From contig JAAXWO010000010.1 in the NCBI GenBank assembly GCA_013334965.1, positions 22,522 to 86,521 of the forward strand: a stretch of DNA of 64,000 bases. The letters run 5' to 3'. The first letter of the stretch is position 1. Every line of letters starts with the position of its first letter. Below are positions 1 through 12,500 of the stretch, in pieces. The position numbers and the translations under genes are program-made. Below the pieces are notes generated by a model. It was not told the DNA's origin, made no database searches, and was given only the letters and a program-made list of their open reading frames with translations. The DNA is from Chlorobiaceae bacterium. Its GTDB lineage: Bacteria > Bacteroidota > Chlorobiia > Chlorobiales > Chlorobiaceae.

Positions 1-78
1 TGATTTTTCGAGGTTGTATTTCAGGAGGCCGGCGAGGTTCCGGTCATCTTCTACGATCAAAATGGAGGCTTCCGGCAT
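1..78 (-). CDS. Response regulator, receiver-domain N-terminus (runs off window)
   Basis: Manual translation from ATG at 78: MPEASILIVEDDRNLAGLLKYNLEKS, a receiver-domain beta1 ILIVEDD motif. Confidence 0.8.
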   Translation of the reverse strand, partial: MPEASILIVEDDRNLAGLLKYNLEKS

Positions 79-100
79 AGGTTTGCTTGGTTTATCCTGA

Positions 101-1066
<966 letters not shown>

Positions 1067-1514
1067 AAGTGGTCGTTGTGCCTTAAAGGCTTGTCGGTTC
1101 CTGAGATCCAGACCCTGTCGCCAGTCATCAGGCACCGAAGCTTCAGCTCTCGGTGAAGTTACAATAGTCGAACTGGATAACCCCGCCGAACAGCGGCAGG
1201 AAGAGTGCAATTTGCAAAAAATTCACAAAGCGAATAGTGATGCGACAAAGAAAAAGAGAGTTCTGGACATCCATGAAAAAGCTTCATCATCTTTTCAATT
1301 TAATCAATTTCCAACCCCGGCAGAGTGCCTTCCCTCCTTTGCCTTTTCCATCTTCCGATGGGAATAGCGCCTCTTTGTTATATTGATAAAAATCGATGAA
1401 CAGAATATCCTGCCGTTTGACAGGAGCCTGCGTTCATGGCACAGGATAGCTTCCGGAGAAAAGATCCCGGAAGCCTTTCCCAGTTTGACTGAAAATCCGT
1501 ATTGACCTCGTTAC

Positions 1515-4500
1515 ATGAAATTTTCTGCCGATTCTGCACATCAGTTCGCAAGTATCGTCAAAAGACCGGTTGCCTTTATACAGGATGCGCTGAACTCTTC
1601 GGCGCCTTACCGTTCGCTGCACGATGCACTCTCCTCTTCAAGGCCGGGTGATCGGCATGAAACTGCGTCAATCTGCGGTGTAAAAGGGTCGCTCGCCCCG
1701 CTGATAGCCGCCCAGCTTTTCCGTGATTTCAATGCCCCGGTGATCCTTTTCTGCAGCTCCGAGAACCAGGAGCTTTACGACAACGACCTTCCGATCATCC
1801 TGCCCGGCAAGCCGGTCTACAACACGACCGATGAGCTATCGCCGGCCCTCGGCATGCTTTCGCGCGGCGACGCACTGATCGTGCTGGCCGATTTCGACGA
1901 TCTTGAAACCGCTGTCTGCAATGCTGGCGAGTCTGCCGGAAAGATGTTTTCCCTCAGCACAGGTCAGGATGCCGGGTACGCTGCGCTGATGACGTTTCTC
2001 GGCGCTAACGGTTTTGACAAAACGGATTTCGTCGAAGACGAGGGCGAGTATTCTGTCCGTGGATCGATCGTCGACGTGTTCAGCTACGGCAGCAAGGAGC
2101 CTGTGCGCATCGAGTTTTTCGGTGATACGGTCAGTTCGCTCAGAAGCTTCGACATCGATAGCCAGCTCTCCTCCGTCACCATCGGTTCGGTCGATATCTT
2201 CGGCAGTTTCACCGACGGCGGGGCAACGGCGGCCAGCTCTTCGGGTATTCTGGACTACCTGCCCGACTCGGCGATCATCATCATCGACGATGCGACGGAG
2301 ATGGCAAGGGCAGACAGCAGTGCGATGCTTACAACCACCCTGCCGGGGTTCAGGCATATTCTCATGCACCGCCTCGAAAAAAAGGGAATCGATTTCATGT
2401 CGGGCGCCCAGGAGAAACTCCAGGGCAATTTCCGGTTGCTGGCAGGGCGTCTTGAGCGTGAGGCCTCAAAGGGTCTGACGACGCTTTTCTCGTGCAGTTC
2501 GCGCCGCGAAATCGAGGAGCTTGCCGAGTTCCTTTCTGAAGAGAGTCCTGACGGGAGCTTCGGGGAAAATACATCCGGGATCGGGTGGATACCGGCGAAC
2601 CTGCATACCGGATTCGAATTCGACGGCATGGACCTTTACACTGAGTCGGACATCTTCGGCAAGTTCCATACCCATCGCGGACATCGCCGCCGCAAGGTCA
2701 AGGGCATATCGCTGAAAGATCTCCAGCGACTGAAGGTCGGAGATTACGTTGTCCATGCCGATTACGGAATCGGCGTCTTCAGGTCGCTCGAAACGATCCA
2801 GGTCGGCAACTCGGAGCAGGAGTGCGTGCTTGTCGAGTACGAAGGGGGCGACCAGCTCTACGTCAACGTCCAGAACATCAACCTGCTTTCGAAATACACG
2901 GCTTCGGAAGGCTCCCTGCCGAACCTTTCTAAACTCGGCAGTTCCAAATGGGCCGCGAAAAAGGAGAAGGTTCGAAAAAAGCTGCGCGACATTGCCGCCA
3001 AGCTGATCAGGATCTACGCCGAGCGCAAGATGACCCCCGGGTTTTCATTCGCTCCGGATTCGATCTTCCAGCGTGAGTTCGAGGCTTCGTTCATGTTCGA
3101 GGAGACTCCGGACCAGTTCAAGGCGATCGAGGAGGTCAAGAAGGATATGCAGTCCCCGTCGCCGATGGACAGGCTCATCTGCGGCGACGCCGGGTTCGGC
3201 AAGACCGAAATCGCCATGCGCGCCGCGTTCAAGGCGGTCGAGTCGAAAAAACAGGTCGCCATCCTCACCCCGACGACCATCCTTGCGCACCAGCACGGGG
3301 ACTCTTTTGGCCGACGCTTCCAGAACTTCCCGGTCAACATCGCCGTCCTCAGCAGGTTCGTACCGAAAAAGGAGCAGCAGGAGATCATCGCGCGGATCGC
3401 CGCAGGGGCTATCGACATTGTGATCGGCACCCACCGGATGGTATCCAACGACGTCCTGTTCAAGGATCTTGGATTGCTGGTCATCGATGAAGAGCAGCAT
3501 TTCGGCGTCGAGATCAAGGAGAAGCTCCGCCAGAACTTCCCCGGCGTCGATACCCTGACCATGTCGGCCACGCCGATTCCCCGTACCATGCAGTTCTCCA
3601 TGCTCGGCGCACGTGACATCTCCATCGTATCCACGCCGCCGAAAAACCGGCAACCGGTCGAGACGGTCATCACGGAGTACGATCCCGGGGTGATCCAGTC
3701 GGCCATCAGGCAGGAGATCCAGCGCGAAGGACAGGTCTTCTTCCTGCACAACCGTATCGCAAGCCTTGAAGAGACCGAGCGCAAGATCAGGGAGCTGGTG
3801 CCGTACGCCCGGATAGCCATCGCGCACGGACAGATGCCTGCGCGGGAGCTGGAGAACGTGATGATGGATTTCATGCAGAAAGAGCTCGATGTGCTGATAT
3901 CGACATCGATCATCGGTTCGGGGCTTGACATCTCCAACGCCAATACGATCATCATCAACAGGGCTGACATGTTCGGTCTGTCCGATCTTTACCAGCTGAG
4001 GGGCCGTGTCGGGCGAAGCGAGCGAAAAGCTTACTGTTACCTCGTCACCCCGCCGCTGCACACCCTGAAGCGTGAAGCGATCCAGCGCATCGCGGTGATC
4101 GAAAGCTTTACGGAGCTCGGTTCCGGCATCAACGTCGCCCTCAGGGATCTCGACATCAGGGGTGCTGGAAACCTGCTCGGAGCTGAACAGTCAGGCTTCA
4201 TCCACGAAATAGGGTTCGACCTTTACCAGAAAATGGTCGAGGAGACGGTCGCGGAACTCAAGCTCACCGAGTTCAGCCATATCTTCAGCGACAGTGAAAA
4301 AGCCGCGCTGAAAATCGTCAGACCATGCGACATGGTATTCTTTTTCGACGCGCTCATTCCCGACTATTATATCACGGCCACTCAGGAGCGTTTCTCGTGT
4401 TACGACAGGATATCGAAAGCCACCGACGACAGCATCCTCGACAATCTCTCCCAGGAGATGAGCGACCGGTTCGGGGCAATGCCTGTCGAAGTCCAGAACC

Positions 4501-4826
4501 TTCTTGCCCTTGCCCGCCTCAAGAACCTGGGTTCATCGATCGGACTCGAAAAAATCGACATACAACCTTCGACGACCACCATCTTCCTGCCGTCTGACGA
4601 CGACAAGGAGTTTTACGACGGCGAGTTTTTCAAAACGCTGATCACCTCCCTGCAGGACAGTTCACTGCACGCCTATCGCCCGCAGTTCAAGCATGAGAAA
4701 AAAATGAAACTCGTCTTCAACCACCCCGCAGATGCCGATGCCGAGCCCATCGCCCTGATCGACCTCTACTCTGCCATGCTCACGAAACTGGCGAACACCG
4801 GTGAACAGGTCAAGCTCTCCCAATAG
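1515..4826 (+). CDS. mfd: Transcription-repair coupling factor
   Basis: CarD-like RID region ([13 protein letters not shown]), [15 protein letters not shown] and GRVGRS motifs, C-terminal TRCF domain, 1103 aa. Confidence 0.97.
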   Translation: MKFSADSAHQFASIVKRPVAFIQDALNSSAPYRSLHDALSSSRPGDRHETASICGVKGSLAPLIAAQLFRDFNAPVILFCSSENQELYDNDLPIILPGKPVYNTTDELSPALGMLSRGDALIVLADFDDLETAVCNAGESAGKMFSLSTGQDAGYAALMTFLGANGFDKTDFVEDEGEYSVRGSIVDVFSYGSKEPVRIEFFGDTVSSLRSFDIDSQLSSVTIGSVDIFGSFTDGGATAASSSGILDYLPDSAIIIIDDATEMARADSSAMLTTTLPGFRHILMHRLEKKGIDFMSGAQEKLQGNFRLLAGRLEREASKGLTTLFSCSSRREIEELAEFLSEESPDGSFGENTSGIGWIPANLHTGFEFDGMDLYTESDIFGKFHTHRGHRRRKVKGISLKDLQRLKVGDYVVHADYGIGVFRSLETIQVGNSEQECVLVEYEGGDQLYVNVQNINLLSKYTASEGSLPNLSKLGSSKWAAKKEKVRKKLRDIAAKLIRIYAERKMTPGFSFAPDSIFQREFEASFMFEETPDQFKAIEEVKKDMQSPSPMDRLICGDAGFGKTEIAMRAAFKAVESKKQVAILTPTTILAHQHGDSFGRRFQNFPVNIAVLSRFVPKKEQQEIIARIAAGAIDIVIGTHRMVSNDVLFKDLGLLVIDEEQHFGVEIKEKLRQNFPGVDTLTMSATPIPRTMQFSMLGARDISIVSTPPKNRQPVETVITEYDPGVIQSAIRQEIQREGQVFFLHNRIASLEETERKIRELVPYARIAIAHGQMPARELENVMMDFMQKELDVLISTSIIGSGLDISNANTIIINRADMFGLSDLYQLRGRVGRSERKAYCYLVTPPLHTLKREAIQRIAVIESFTELGSGINVALRDLDIRGAGNLLGAEQSGFIHEIGFDLYQKMVEETVAELKLTEFSHIFSDSEKAALKIVRPCDMVFFFDALIPDYYITATQERFSCYDRISKATDDSILDNLSQEMSDRFGAMPVEVQNLLALARLKNLGSSIGLEKIDIQPSTTTIFLPSDDDKEFYDGEFFKTLITSLQDSSLHAYRPQFKHEKKMKLVFNHPADADAEPIALIDLYSAMLTKLANTGEQVKLSQ

Positions 4827-5041
4827 CCTTGCCACAAGCGCTGATCGCCAGATGGCGTTCCCTGCGTCGACATAAGCGCGTTACTGCGAACTGGCTGCCG
4901 TTTCTGGCGGCCAGTTCGCATTCCTGACTCTCATTTTGAAACAGCGTCAATATCTTCTTTTCTGATGCAACTTTTTCCTAAACCGGAATGGTTATTGCCT
5001 GTATGAAGAGAATATCTTTATAAACATCAAGTCATACAGTC

Positions 5042-5710
5042 ATGAGCATCAGAATAAACGACCGCGAGTGCGAAGCAAAAACAGGGGATAGATTACTCGA
5101 TGCAGCACGCGCAAATCATAGCCATATAGGGTATTTCTGCGGAGGAAACGCCATCTGCCAGACCTGCTATGTCAAGGTTCTCGAAGGGCAGGATCTGCTC
5201 TCTCCCTTGAGTGATGCAGAGAAGTCGATGCTTTCCGACAAGCTGATCGGTGAAGGTATAAGAATGGCTTGCCAGACAACCATCGAAAAACCTGGAACGG
5301 TGAGAATCCTGACGGAAGTCGAGGCAGTCAAGCGAATGGTGGAATCCAACCCTCTCGAAGCTCCGGCCTACATGGGCAAGATGGGTTGGGAATCGGCTGT
5401 CAAGTTTACCGATACCATCGCCTTCCAGGCAAGACGTGAACAGGGCGAGTACAAACTCGGACTCTGGCAGCTGCTGACCGATGTCGTAGCGGGGATAGGC
5501 GAAGCCATCCAGCTGGTTGTCGAAGCGGTGCAGTCCGTTTTTGCACCACGTCCGGAGACACCTGCCGTAAAGGTACCAGCGGCAAAACTCGAGTCATGTT
5601 GCGGCGCAAATACCATGACAACTCACTCCTGCGGATGTGGCAGCAATGAAAAGACGGCTTCACCGGAGCTCGTCCGCCTCCACCAGCAAAGTACGGTCAC
5701 CTGTAACTGA
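5042..5710 (+). CDS. csmX: Chlorosome envelope 2Fe-2S protein, CsmX-like
   Basis: Adrenodoxin-type [10 protein letters not shown]...C motif; paralog of the adjacent csmJ. Confidence 0.8.
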   Translation: MSIRINDRECEAKTGDRLLDAARANHSHIGYFCGGNAICQTCYVKVLEGQDLLSPLSDAEKSMLSDKLIGEGIRMACQTTIEKPGTVRILTEVEAVKRMVESNPLEAPAYMGKMGWESAVKFTDTIAFQARREQGEYKLGLWQLLTDVVAGIGEAIQLVVEAVQSVFAPRPETPAVKVPAAKLESCCGANTMTTHSCGCGSNEKTASPELVRLHQQSTVTCN

Positions 5711-5736
5711 AAATCACAGATAATAGCTGTCACAAT

Positions 5737-5773
5737 AAAGGCTGCCTCAGGATCAAAACTGAGGCAGCCTTTT
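5737..5773 (+). terminator. Intrinsic terminator hairpin
   Basis: AAAGGCTGCCTCAG / CTGAGGCAGCCTTT perfect inverted repeat after csmX. Confidence 0.8.
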
Positions 5774-6031
5774 CTATTGTTGCCGAAATTGCACGAGCCT
5801 GTCTCAATAAACATCAGGACAGCCAGCCTCAGGCATGGAATTGTTCGCCGTTGATATCCGTTGATTACCGTTGAGCCGGAACGGATTTTAGTTATATTTT
5901 ATTCTATATACTTGACAGTGCATACTGCGACGAACCTTTAGAAATGCGTATCAAGTCATATCGGGCGCCAGGCAATCAGTATACGCCGTCAACCGCTGTA
6001 TACCCGGTTTACCAATGCAAACATCACCGCC

Positions 6032-6709
6032 ATGATCATCTACATCAACGACAGACCATGTGAAGCGCAGGTCGGGGATCTGCTGCTCGGAACCGCCAAA
6101 AACAACAAGGCCCATATCGGCTATATATGCGGAGGCAACGGTATATGCCAGAGCTGCTTTGTTTATGTACGTGAAGGCGCCGAATGCCTGTCGCAGCCCA
6201 GCGACGAGGAAAAAGCCTTTATCTCCGACAAGCTTTTCCAGGAGGGCGGACGACTTGCCTGCCAGACTGTCATCGTCAAAGAGGGCTCGATCCGTGTGCT
6301 TTCGAGGGCTGAGCACTTAAGGAGAATCGTTCTCGGCCTAAACGTTCCTGGATTCATCACCTATGCCCAGACCATAGGGTACAACGTGGTCAACAAATTG
6401 CCGTCCGGCGCGACCAACCTCGTATCGAGGGCAAGGGCCGGTCGCCTCAACCCCGTCGACTCGCTCGCCAAGATCGCCAGCGGCATCGGCCCCGCCTCTC
6501 TTCTTGCTGTAAATACTTTCGTGGAAACTTTCTCGTTCATGCAGGGCCCGGTCAGCATGGTCACCGGCGGAGCCAAAAGCGTTCTCGACACTGCGTCGGG
6601 AGTGCTTTGCTCGGTAACCGGCGGCAAACTCCAGTTGCCGGGATTGTGCTGCCAGAAAAATGACGGACCAGCCGCCAGTATCGAGCGCGTCACCATAACC
6701 TCGAAGTAA
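6032..6709 (+). CDS. csmJ: Chlorosome envelope 2Fe-2S protein CsmJ
   Basis: MIIYIND...CGGNGICQSC, 225 aa, matches the CsmJ pattern as I recall it. Confidence 0.88.
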   Translation: MIIYINDRPCEAQVGDLLLGTAKNNKAHIGYICGGNGICQSCFVYVREGAECLSQPSDEEKAFISDKLFQEGGRLACQTVIVKEGSIRVLSRAEHLRRIVLGLNVPGFITYAQTIGYNVVNKLPSGATNLVSRARAGRLNPVDSLAKIASGIGPASLLAVNTFVETFSFMQGPVSMVTGGAKSVLDTASGVLCSVTGGKLQLPGLCCQKNDGPAASIERVTITSK

Positions 6710-6808
6710 GTTACCGAAAGCATCTTTGAAGGAGGCTTCTGGAGTCATCTCCCGAGCCTCCTCTTTCTGCCTGTTTATTTCGTGAAATCCTGACGATCCT
6801 TAACTACG

Positions 6809-8029
6809 ATGGGCTACTCATCCGACCTTGACAGTATTGAATTCGATCTTGGGGTCAAGACACTCGAGCGATGGCTGCTGAAGCCTGAAAAAAAGATGAA
6901 CATCGCTATCGCCATCCCCAGGGAGAGGGCGCAGGATGAGAGAAGGGTGGCGCTATGCCCAGCTGGCGTGCAGATTCTTTCGGAACAGGGTATCAGGGTC
7001 GTCGTAGAGAACAATGCGGGAATGTTCTGCAATTTTGATGATGACGCCTACGCCGCAGCGGGCGCAACGATCGCCTTCAGCCCGACAGAATTGTTCCAGC
7101 AGGCGAATGTCATCGTGAAGGTCTCCCCTCCCCAGCTTGAAGAGTTGCCGCTGTTTCTCCCAGGACAGATGCTGATTTCCGCCCTGCACCTCGGCACGGT
7201 AAGCCGCCAGATGATCAAGACGCTGAGCGAAAAAAACATCACGGCGCTCGGGTTCGAGTTCATCGAGACCCGGGACGGCGAACTCCCTATCGTCAGGACC
7301 CTGAGCGAAATTGCTGGCTCTCTGGCAATCCAGACTGCGGCGAAATACCTTGAAACCGGATACGGCGGCAGCGGAATCCTTCTCGGAGGAATCGCCGGCG
7401 TGCCCCCGGCGCACGTCACCATCATCGGAGCAGGAACGGTGGGGCTCTTCGCGGCACAGGACGCTCTCGGCCTGGGAGCGCAGGTTACGGTCATCGACAA
7501 GGAGATCAACCGGCTCAGGCGATTCGAGGCATTCTTCAACCGTCACCTGGTGACCGCCATTGCGAACGATCATTACATCGCGCAGCTCGCCCGTATTTCC
7601 GACGTCATGATCGGAGCCCTGAGCCCGAAACAGAAGCTCTCCAAACCGCTGGTAAGCGAGCTGGTAGTGAAGACCATGAAGCCCGGCTCGGTCATTATCG
7701 ACGTTTCGATCGACCAGGGAGCATGCTTTGCAACAAGCAGGCATACGACCCACACCAATCCGATCTACGTAAAACACGGCGTGACCCATTACTGCGTACC
7801 GAACATTCCATCTGCAGTAGCCAAAACAGCCTCTTATGCACTGACCAACACGCTCCTGCCCTTCCTTCAAAAACTGACCGCACACGAAACCATTCCGGAC
7901 ATGCTCTGGAAAAGCCACAGCCTGAGAAAGGGCACCTACCTTTACAAGGGATACGTCACCAAAAAGATCCTCGCCGAACTTACCGACTTCCCCTACCGCG
8001 AGATCGACATGCTGCTTGCCACAGCGTGA
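6809..8029 (+). CDS. ald: Alanine dehydrogenase
   Basis: ERRVAL, GAGTVG Rossmann motif, DVSIDQG and HYCVPNIP motifs. Confidence 0.92.
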   Translation: MGYSSDLDSIEFDLGVKTLERWLLKPEKKMNIAIAIPRERAQDERRVALCPAGVQILSEQGIRVVVENNAGMFCNFDDDAYAAAGATIAFSPTELFQQANVIVKVSPPQLEELPLFLPGQMLISALHLGTVSRQMIKTLSEKNITALGFEFIETRDGELPIVRTLSEIAGSLAIQTAAKYLETGYGGSGILLGGIAGVPPAHVTIIGAGTVGLFAAQDALGLGAQVTVIDKEINRLRRFEAFFNRHLVTAIANDHYIAQLARISDVMIGALSPKQKLSKPLVSELVVKTMKPGSVIIDVSIDQGACFATSRHTTHTNPIYVKHGVTHYCVPNIPSAVAKTASYALTNTLLPFLQKLTAHETIPDMLWKSHSLRKGTYLYKGYVTKKILAELTDFPYREIDMLLATA

Positions 8030-8516
8030 GAACAGCGGTGTTGCAATCCATCATGGCCGACAAGAGCGCAGGACGGAGTGGTTGCTCTGTTATCAGCATG
8101 ATTGATTTGCCCGCTTTCCGGCTCCCATAACCACAAGGGGTTCAACCCTGAAGAGACCCGGACCTTATACATTTCAGTTGCCCCGGCATTAACCCAATAT
8201 CTTCCATTTTCAGCATCCAACTGGAAATAAAGACAGCGGGATCGAGAACAGTCGAGTTCAACTCAGCGTTTCTCGTCCAACCAAAACTAATGACAGCCCG
8301 AAATCTATCCGAGGTTCCTGCATGTTGCCATGCTTCTAAACTCTTCAGCTTTTATGCGATCACGGGAATCTGTACTTTTTCCTGATTCGACAACGGACCG
8401 TTCCGGAAGATAAGGTCGCAATAACCGGGCGGCCTTATGTTTTGGGCTGGGTTTCATCATGTGCATATCCTGATAATCCGTCATGTACCTGCCAACTTTC
8501 GACGAACACGCTTAAC

Positions 8517-9266
8517 ATGAGCATACCGGCGATATTCAGCTTTTCAGAAAAAACAGCGCTATGCGACCGGCTGTTCCATGAATATGCAGAGCATGTACGC
8601 GATCTCGACGCGCTGAAACTCGACGTCAGCCGGTTTCAACAGCGATACGCTTCCGCAGTCAGGGAAAGGGTCGATGAGTTAAACCGGCTCAACGCCCTTA
8701 TTGCAGCCGCAGTCAGGGAAAAGAATGCCTCGTTGTTCTTAAATCATGATCACGGCCATAAGGATGACCTGGAGCCCTCCATTGAATTTTCGCTGATACC
8801 GTTGGGGCAGCAAAAAAAAGTGGTCCCGAACCAAACTTCCGCAGATGCAAAAAAACTGTACCGGCGCATCGCATCGATCATTCACCCCGACAAGGCGAAA
8901 AACGGAGAATCAAATCCGCTCCGGACGAGGCTGATGAGCGAGTTGAACGAAGCTTATGCACGAAAGGACATCATCAAAATGCAGAGCGTCCTGGAACGAT
9001 GGCAGGAAAGCCCCGATGCAGTGACCGGCGAGGGCCCTGAGGCTGAAATGCAGAAATTCGACAAGCTGATCGTCCAGCTGAAAAAAAGCATGTCGGGAAT
9101 CGAACAGGAGATATCCCGGATCATGAATACCGATATCTATCGTCTGATGCGGCAGGTTGAAGACAGCGATCTTGCGGGGCGGGACATTATCCAGGAAATG
9201 CAGGCCATGTTCGACGTAAAAATAGGTGAGGCCCAGAATCGGCTGATCATCAAAAAGTACGGATAA
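8517..9266 (+). CDS. Coiled-coil protein with internal J-domain
   Basis: KKLYRRIASIIHPDK...LNEAY (HPD motif); ATG start at 8517. Confidence 0.75.
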   Translation: MSIPAIFSFSEKTALCDRLFHEYAEHVRDLDALKLDVSRFQQRYASAVRERVDELNRLNALIAAAVREKNASLFLNHDHGHKDDLEPSIEFSLIPLGQQKKVVPNQTSADAKKLYRRIASIIHPDKAKNGESNPLRTRLMSELNEAYARKDIIKMQSVLERWQESPDAVTGEGPEAEMQKFDKLIVQLKKSMSGIEQEISRIMNTDIYRLMRQVEDSDLAGRDIIQEMQAMFDVKIGEAQNRLIIKKYG

Positions 9267-9517
9267 TTCGATGGTAATGAGATGCCGACCAACCGTTTCA
9301 ACGGGAAGCGGATCGTTCGAAATTCAGCAACAGGTCAAAGATCGCCCCCTCCCGGTGACCATAACCCCCGGTCGCAGCATCCTGCAGCAATGGCAATCTG
9401 AAGGCGGCGTCATCTTTTTTTCGCCGTAAAGGAGTCGTCAGGGTAACCGTCATGACAGATTAACCTGAAGCCGGTCATCTCATCCCCTGGAGCAGGCAAC
9501 AGGAGCCGGTTCGTGCG

Positions 9518-11026
9518 TCACAGGTAATCGAGCGGCTTGCCCAATTGCCTGGCGATATAGGATGCGCATGACACCCCGGAATAGGTAACCGCAATAACCC
9601 CCTGCCCCGGAAATGTGCTGTCTCCGGCAGCAAAAAGATTCCTGACCGGCGTCCTGTTCTGTGGCTTGCGAAGAACGTTCTGGCCAGGTTTGAGAAGAGG
9701 CCCGTAAGAGCCGTCCCACCGGTTGAGATATCGCTCGTGGGTCTGGGGAGTTGCCGTCACCATGAGCTCGACGGCATCCTGCAGTCCCGGCAGGATTTTT
9801 TCACACCTTGCGATAATTGAACGTGCATACTCTTCCTTGGCCCTGCGGTAATCATCGCCCTGGCGGTCATATTTTTCCCATTGCCACGTTTCGGCCGTCA
9901 CAAACACGTGCAATGCGTGCTTACCGGCAGGAGCAAGGGCTGGGTCCAGCACCGTCGGGGCCGAAAAATAGATCGTCCCCCCGTACTGATCGTACTTCGA
10001 CCAATCGTCAACGATGATGTGATGCATGTCGAAGCCTTCGGGAATAACAGAACCATCGACGCCGAGATAAATCTGGAACCAGCTCGGAGCCTTGATGAAC
10101 CGGTCTTCCGGAACCTTCAGCCGCGAATCCGCCACAAGCCTGTTGAAGGTATCCCATACGGTAGCGTTGCTGACGACGGCCCGGGCGCGGAGTTCTTCCC
10201 CTCCCTTAAGCCTCACTCCCACCGCGACACCGTTTTCTATAACCACCTGCTCAACCTCGCATCTGAACCGGACCGAGCCACCGAACTTTTCGATCCCTTT
10301 GACCAATGCGTCAGGGATGACCCCGGAACCGCCTACCGGGTAGTTGATGCCGCCATGATGCCTGTCTGCCAGGCATATCCCGGCATTGACCAGCGGGGTA
10401 GATATGGCATCCTGCACAGCCCAGGAATACGATTCGAGATCGATGAACCGCAGAAGCTCCTGGTCATGGATAAAGCGGCGAGCGGTACCGCCCATCGAAA
10501 ACAGGGTCTTGTAGCCCAGGGCAACCGCTTTGAGCAGGTTGCTGGCGCCGACTGCCGCGATATGCAAGGGATCTTCAAGAGAGCCGGCCGGTAAAGAATT
10601 CAGGATATCGTAAACCGACTCCAGTTCGTCATAAAAACGACGGATCCCCTCCCTTTCGTGGGGAAAACGTCGATAAAGGCATTCAAGAAAACGATTACGG
10701 TCATAATGCACCGGCACATTGAAACCAGCAGGCATGTGGTAATGTATCTGAACCGGATCGGGAATGGTTGTTACGGGAATTCCGAGCTTCCTGAAAATTC
10801 GCGAGTGGAGGTTGAGCGTTCCGCGATCATCATCGTTGAAACCATAAAAAACCGATGCGCCGGCATCGAACGTGTAACCCCCTTTCCTGAACGAGGAACA
10901 GCTTCCTCCTGGAAATGAATTTTTCTCCAAAACGATAGTCGACACTCCCCGCTCCTGCAGCAATGCTGCGGCTGTCAGGCCGCCGATACCCGCTCCGATT
11001 ACAATAACATCCGCCTTTTCAGCCAT
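9518..11026 (-). CDS. crtH: Carotenoid cis-trans isomerase (CrtH/CRTISO, phytoene dehydrogenase family)
   Basis: GAGIGG FAD motif, FDAGAS, GDSTFPGQG C-terminal motif; position next to ald/csm genes as recalled for Chlorobi. Confidence 0.82.
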   Translation of the reverse strand: MAEKADVIVIGAGIGGLTAAALLQERGVSTIVLEKNSFPGGSCSSFRKGGYTFDAGASVFYGFNDDDRGTLNLHSRIFRKLGIPVTTIPDPVQIHYHMPAGFNVPVHYDRNRFLECLYRRFPHEREGIRRFYDELESVYDILNSLPAGSLEDPLHIAAVGASNLLKAVALGYKTLFSMGGTARRFIHDQELLRFIDLESYSWAVQDAISTPLVNAGICLADRHHGGINYPVGGSGVIPDALVKGIEKFGGSVRFRCEVEQVVIENGVAVGVRLKGGEELRARAVVSNATVWDTFNRLVADSRLKVPEDRFIKAPSWFQIYLGVDGSVIPEGFDMHHIIVDDWSKYDQYGGTIYFSAPTVLDPALAPAGKHALHVFVTAETWQWEKYDRQGDDYRRAKEEYARSIIARCEKILPGLQDAVELMVTATPQTHERYLNRWDGSYGPLLKPGQNVLRKPQNRTPVRNLFAAGDSTFPGQGVIAVTYSGVSCASYIARQLGKPLDYL

Positions 11027-11156
11027 GATGCCCGCTCTGTTTTATTCATTATCCGGATAACCAGGAAATCAGCACGTCATGCGTCGTTACGGCTCGCTGA
11101 CAATCGGGATTTCCCTGGCAACAGTTGATTTACCATTTGCCCCTGAAATCTCTAAA

Positions 11157-11171
11157 GATATATTTTTTATA
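11157..11171 (+). repeat. attL core GATATATTTTTTATA
   Basis: Identical 15-mer at 35516-35530; about 185 bp upstream of the integrase. Confidence 0.88.
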
Positions 11172-11251
11172 GTCAGGGTGCAGAAACAGGCAGGAACTAA
11201 AAGAAAAATTGAGAAAATAGAGGCCCGTAAATAGGAGCTTTACAGCTTAAT

Positions 11252-11326
11252 TGTCGTATTAATGTCGTATTTTATTCCTAAACATTGTTGATTGAATACG
11301 GTGTTTTTTGTTCCGTATTTGTTCCG
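11252..11326 (+). promoter_or_regulatory. Putative integrase arm-type binding sites
   Basis: TGTCGTATT x2 (11252, 11263) and TGTTCCG x2 (11309, 11320), each pair 11 bp apart. TGTTCCGTATTT is echoed by TGTCCCGTATTT at 35439 near attR. Confidence 0.6.
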
Positions 11327-11355
11327 CAGTTTTTGACCATCGACAACGACCAAAA

Positions 11356-12471
11356 ATGAAAGCGACCCTAAGAAAGCGTACGGCATCAGGCGGGAAACTG
11401 GCGCTCTACCTCGACATTTACCCACCCGCCCCACATCCCATTACAGGCAGGCTAACAAGGAAATATGCCCTTGGGATGTCGATCCATGAAAAACCTCGTA
11501 CGGAGAGTGAGCGACAGGAAAACAAGCAGACAATGGCTCTTGCCCGGTCAGTTCAAGCTAAAATCCAGTTGAGACTCCAGGCTCATGATTACGGCTTTTT
11601 CCTGCGTGATAATAAAGTGGCGTTGTTCCCTTACATCGATAAAATCGCCGACCGGGCCAAGTCCAACAAGAAGCAATATGACAGATGCAAAGAGTTGCTC
11701 GTCGAGCGGTACGGTGAAGATCTCTCAATGCAATTTATGACCCCACAGGTGCTGAATGATTTTCGCTTTTGGTTGCTGGAAAGATTTGCTCAAAATTCCG
11801 CATCGGTATACTTTGCGCGCATTATGCACGTCTTGAAGTGCGCCTATGATGAAAATATCTTGGCCGATGATCCCGTCAGAAAAGTGCGGCACATCCCTAC
11901 CAAGCGAGGTGAAGTTACTTACCTCGAAGCTGACGATATAAAGAAACTGCTGGAAACACCTTGCTCAGATAATGACCTGAAAAATGCCGTTGTTTTGTCG
12001 ATCTCAACCGGACTTAGACTGTGCGATGTCGAAATTCTAAAAGGTGAGAATTTCTTTATCACGGTAGAGGGGCCTGAAATCCGGATACGGCAGAAAAAGA
12101 CCAAGGATCTACTGACTATCCCAATCACATGGGATCTCTACCGTTACATCGATCCACCAGAAACAGGACTGGTGTTTAGTCGCATCCGAACTCACGCGTA
12201 CGATGGTACGCTAAAAAAATGGGTCGAAACAGCAGGCATCACAAAAAAATTCTCTTTCCACAAAGCCCGTCACACCTGTGCAGTAACCCTTGTCTCAAAC
12301 AATGTCAATCTCCGCACGATACAGGCACTGCTTGGGCACAAAACCATCAACTCTACAATTGTCTATGCGCATGTCGTAGACCAGGCGAAACGGGATGCGA
12401 TCGAAAAAATTAAAATACCTTTAAATATTAAGGAATATCCTCAAAAAAATGATACCATAAATATGCAGTAA
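11356..12471 (+). CDS. Tyrosine recombinase / site-specific integrase (Bacteroidota-Chlorobi type with N-terminal arm-binding domain)
   Basis: STGLR, H-x-x-R (FHKARHT), LLGH and final Y catalytic motifs; N-terminal LYLDIYP arm domain. Confidence 0.95.
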   Translation: MKATLRKRTASGGKLALYLDIYPPAPHPITGRLTRKYALGMSIHEKPRTESERQENKQTMALARSVQAKIQLRLQAHDYGFFLRDNKVALFPYIDKIADRAKSNKKQYDRCKELLVERYGEDLSMQFMTPQVLNDFRFWLLERFAQNSASVYFARIMHVLKCAYDENILADDPVRKVRHIPTKRGEVTYLEADDIKKLLETPCSDNDLKNAVVLSISTGLRLCDVEILKGENFFITVEGPEIRIRQKKTKDLLTIPITWDLYRYIDPPETGLVFSRIRTHAYDGTLKKWVETAGITKKFSFHKARHTCAVTLVSNNVNLRTIQALLGHKTINSTIVYAHVVDQAKRDAIEKIKIPLNIKEYPQKNDTINMQ

Positions 12472-12500
12472 TATTTCCGCAAACCCCCTCACCGGAAATC

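Noticed and set aside
11030-11350. tRNA/tmRNA at the integration site
   Set aside because: No cloverleaf, TΨC-arm or CCA pattern seen at either end.
11356-12471. Integrase as an integron IntI serving the attC-like site
   Set aside because: It has an N-terminal arm-binding domain and lacks the IntI-specific insertion. It fits the 15-bp att cores instead.
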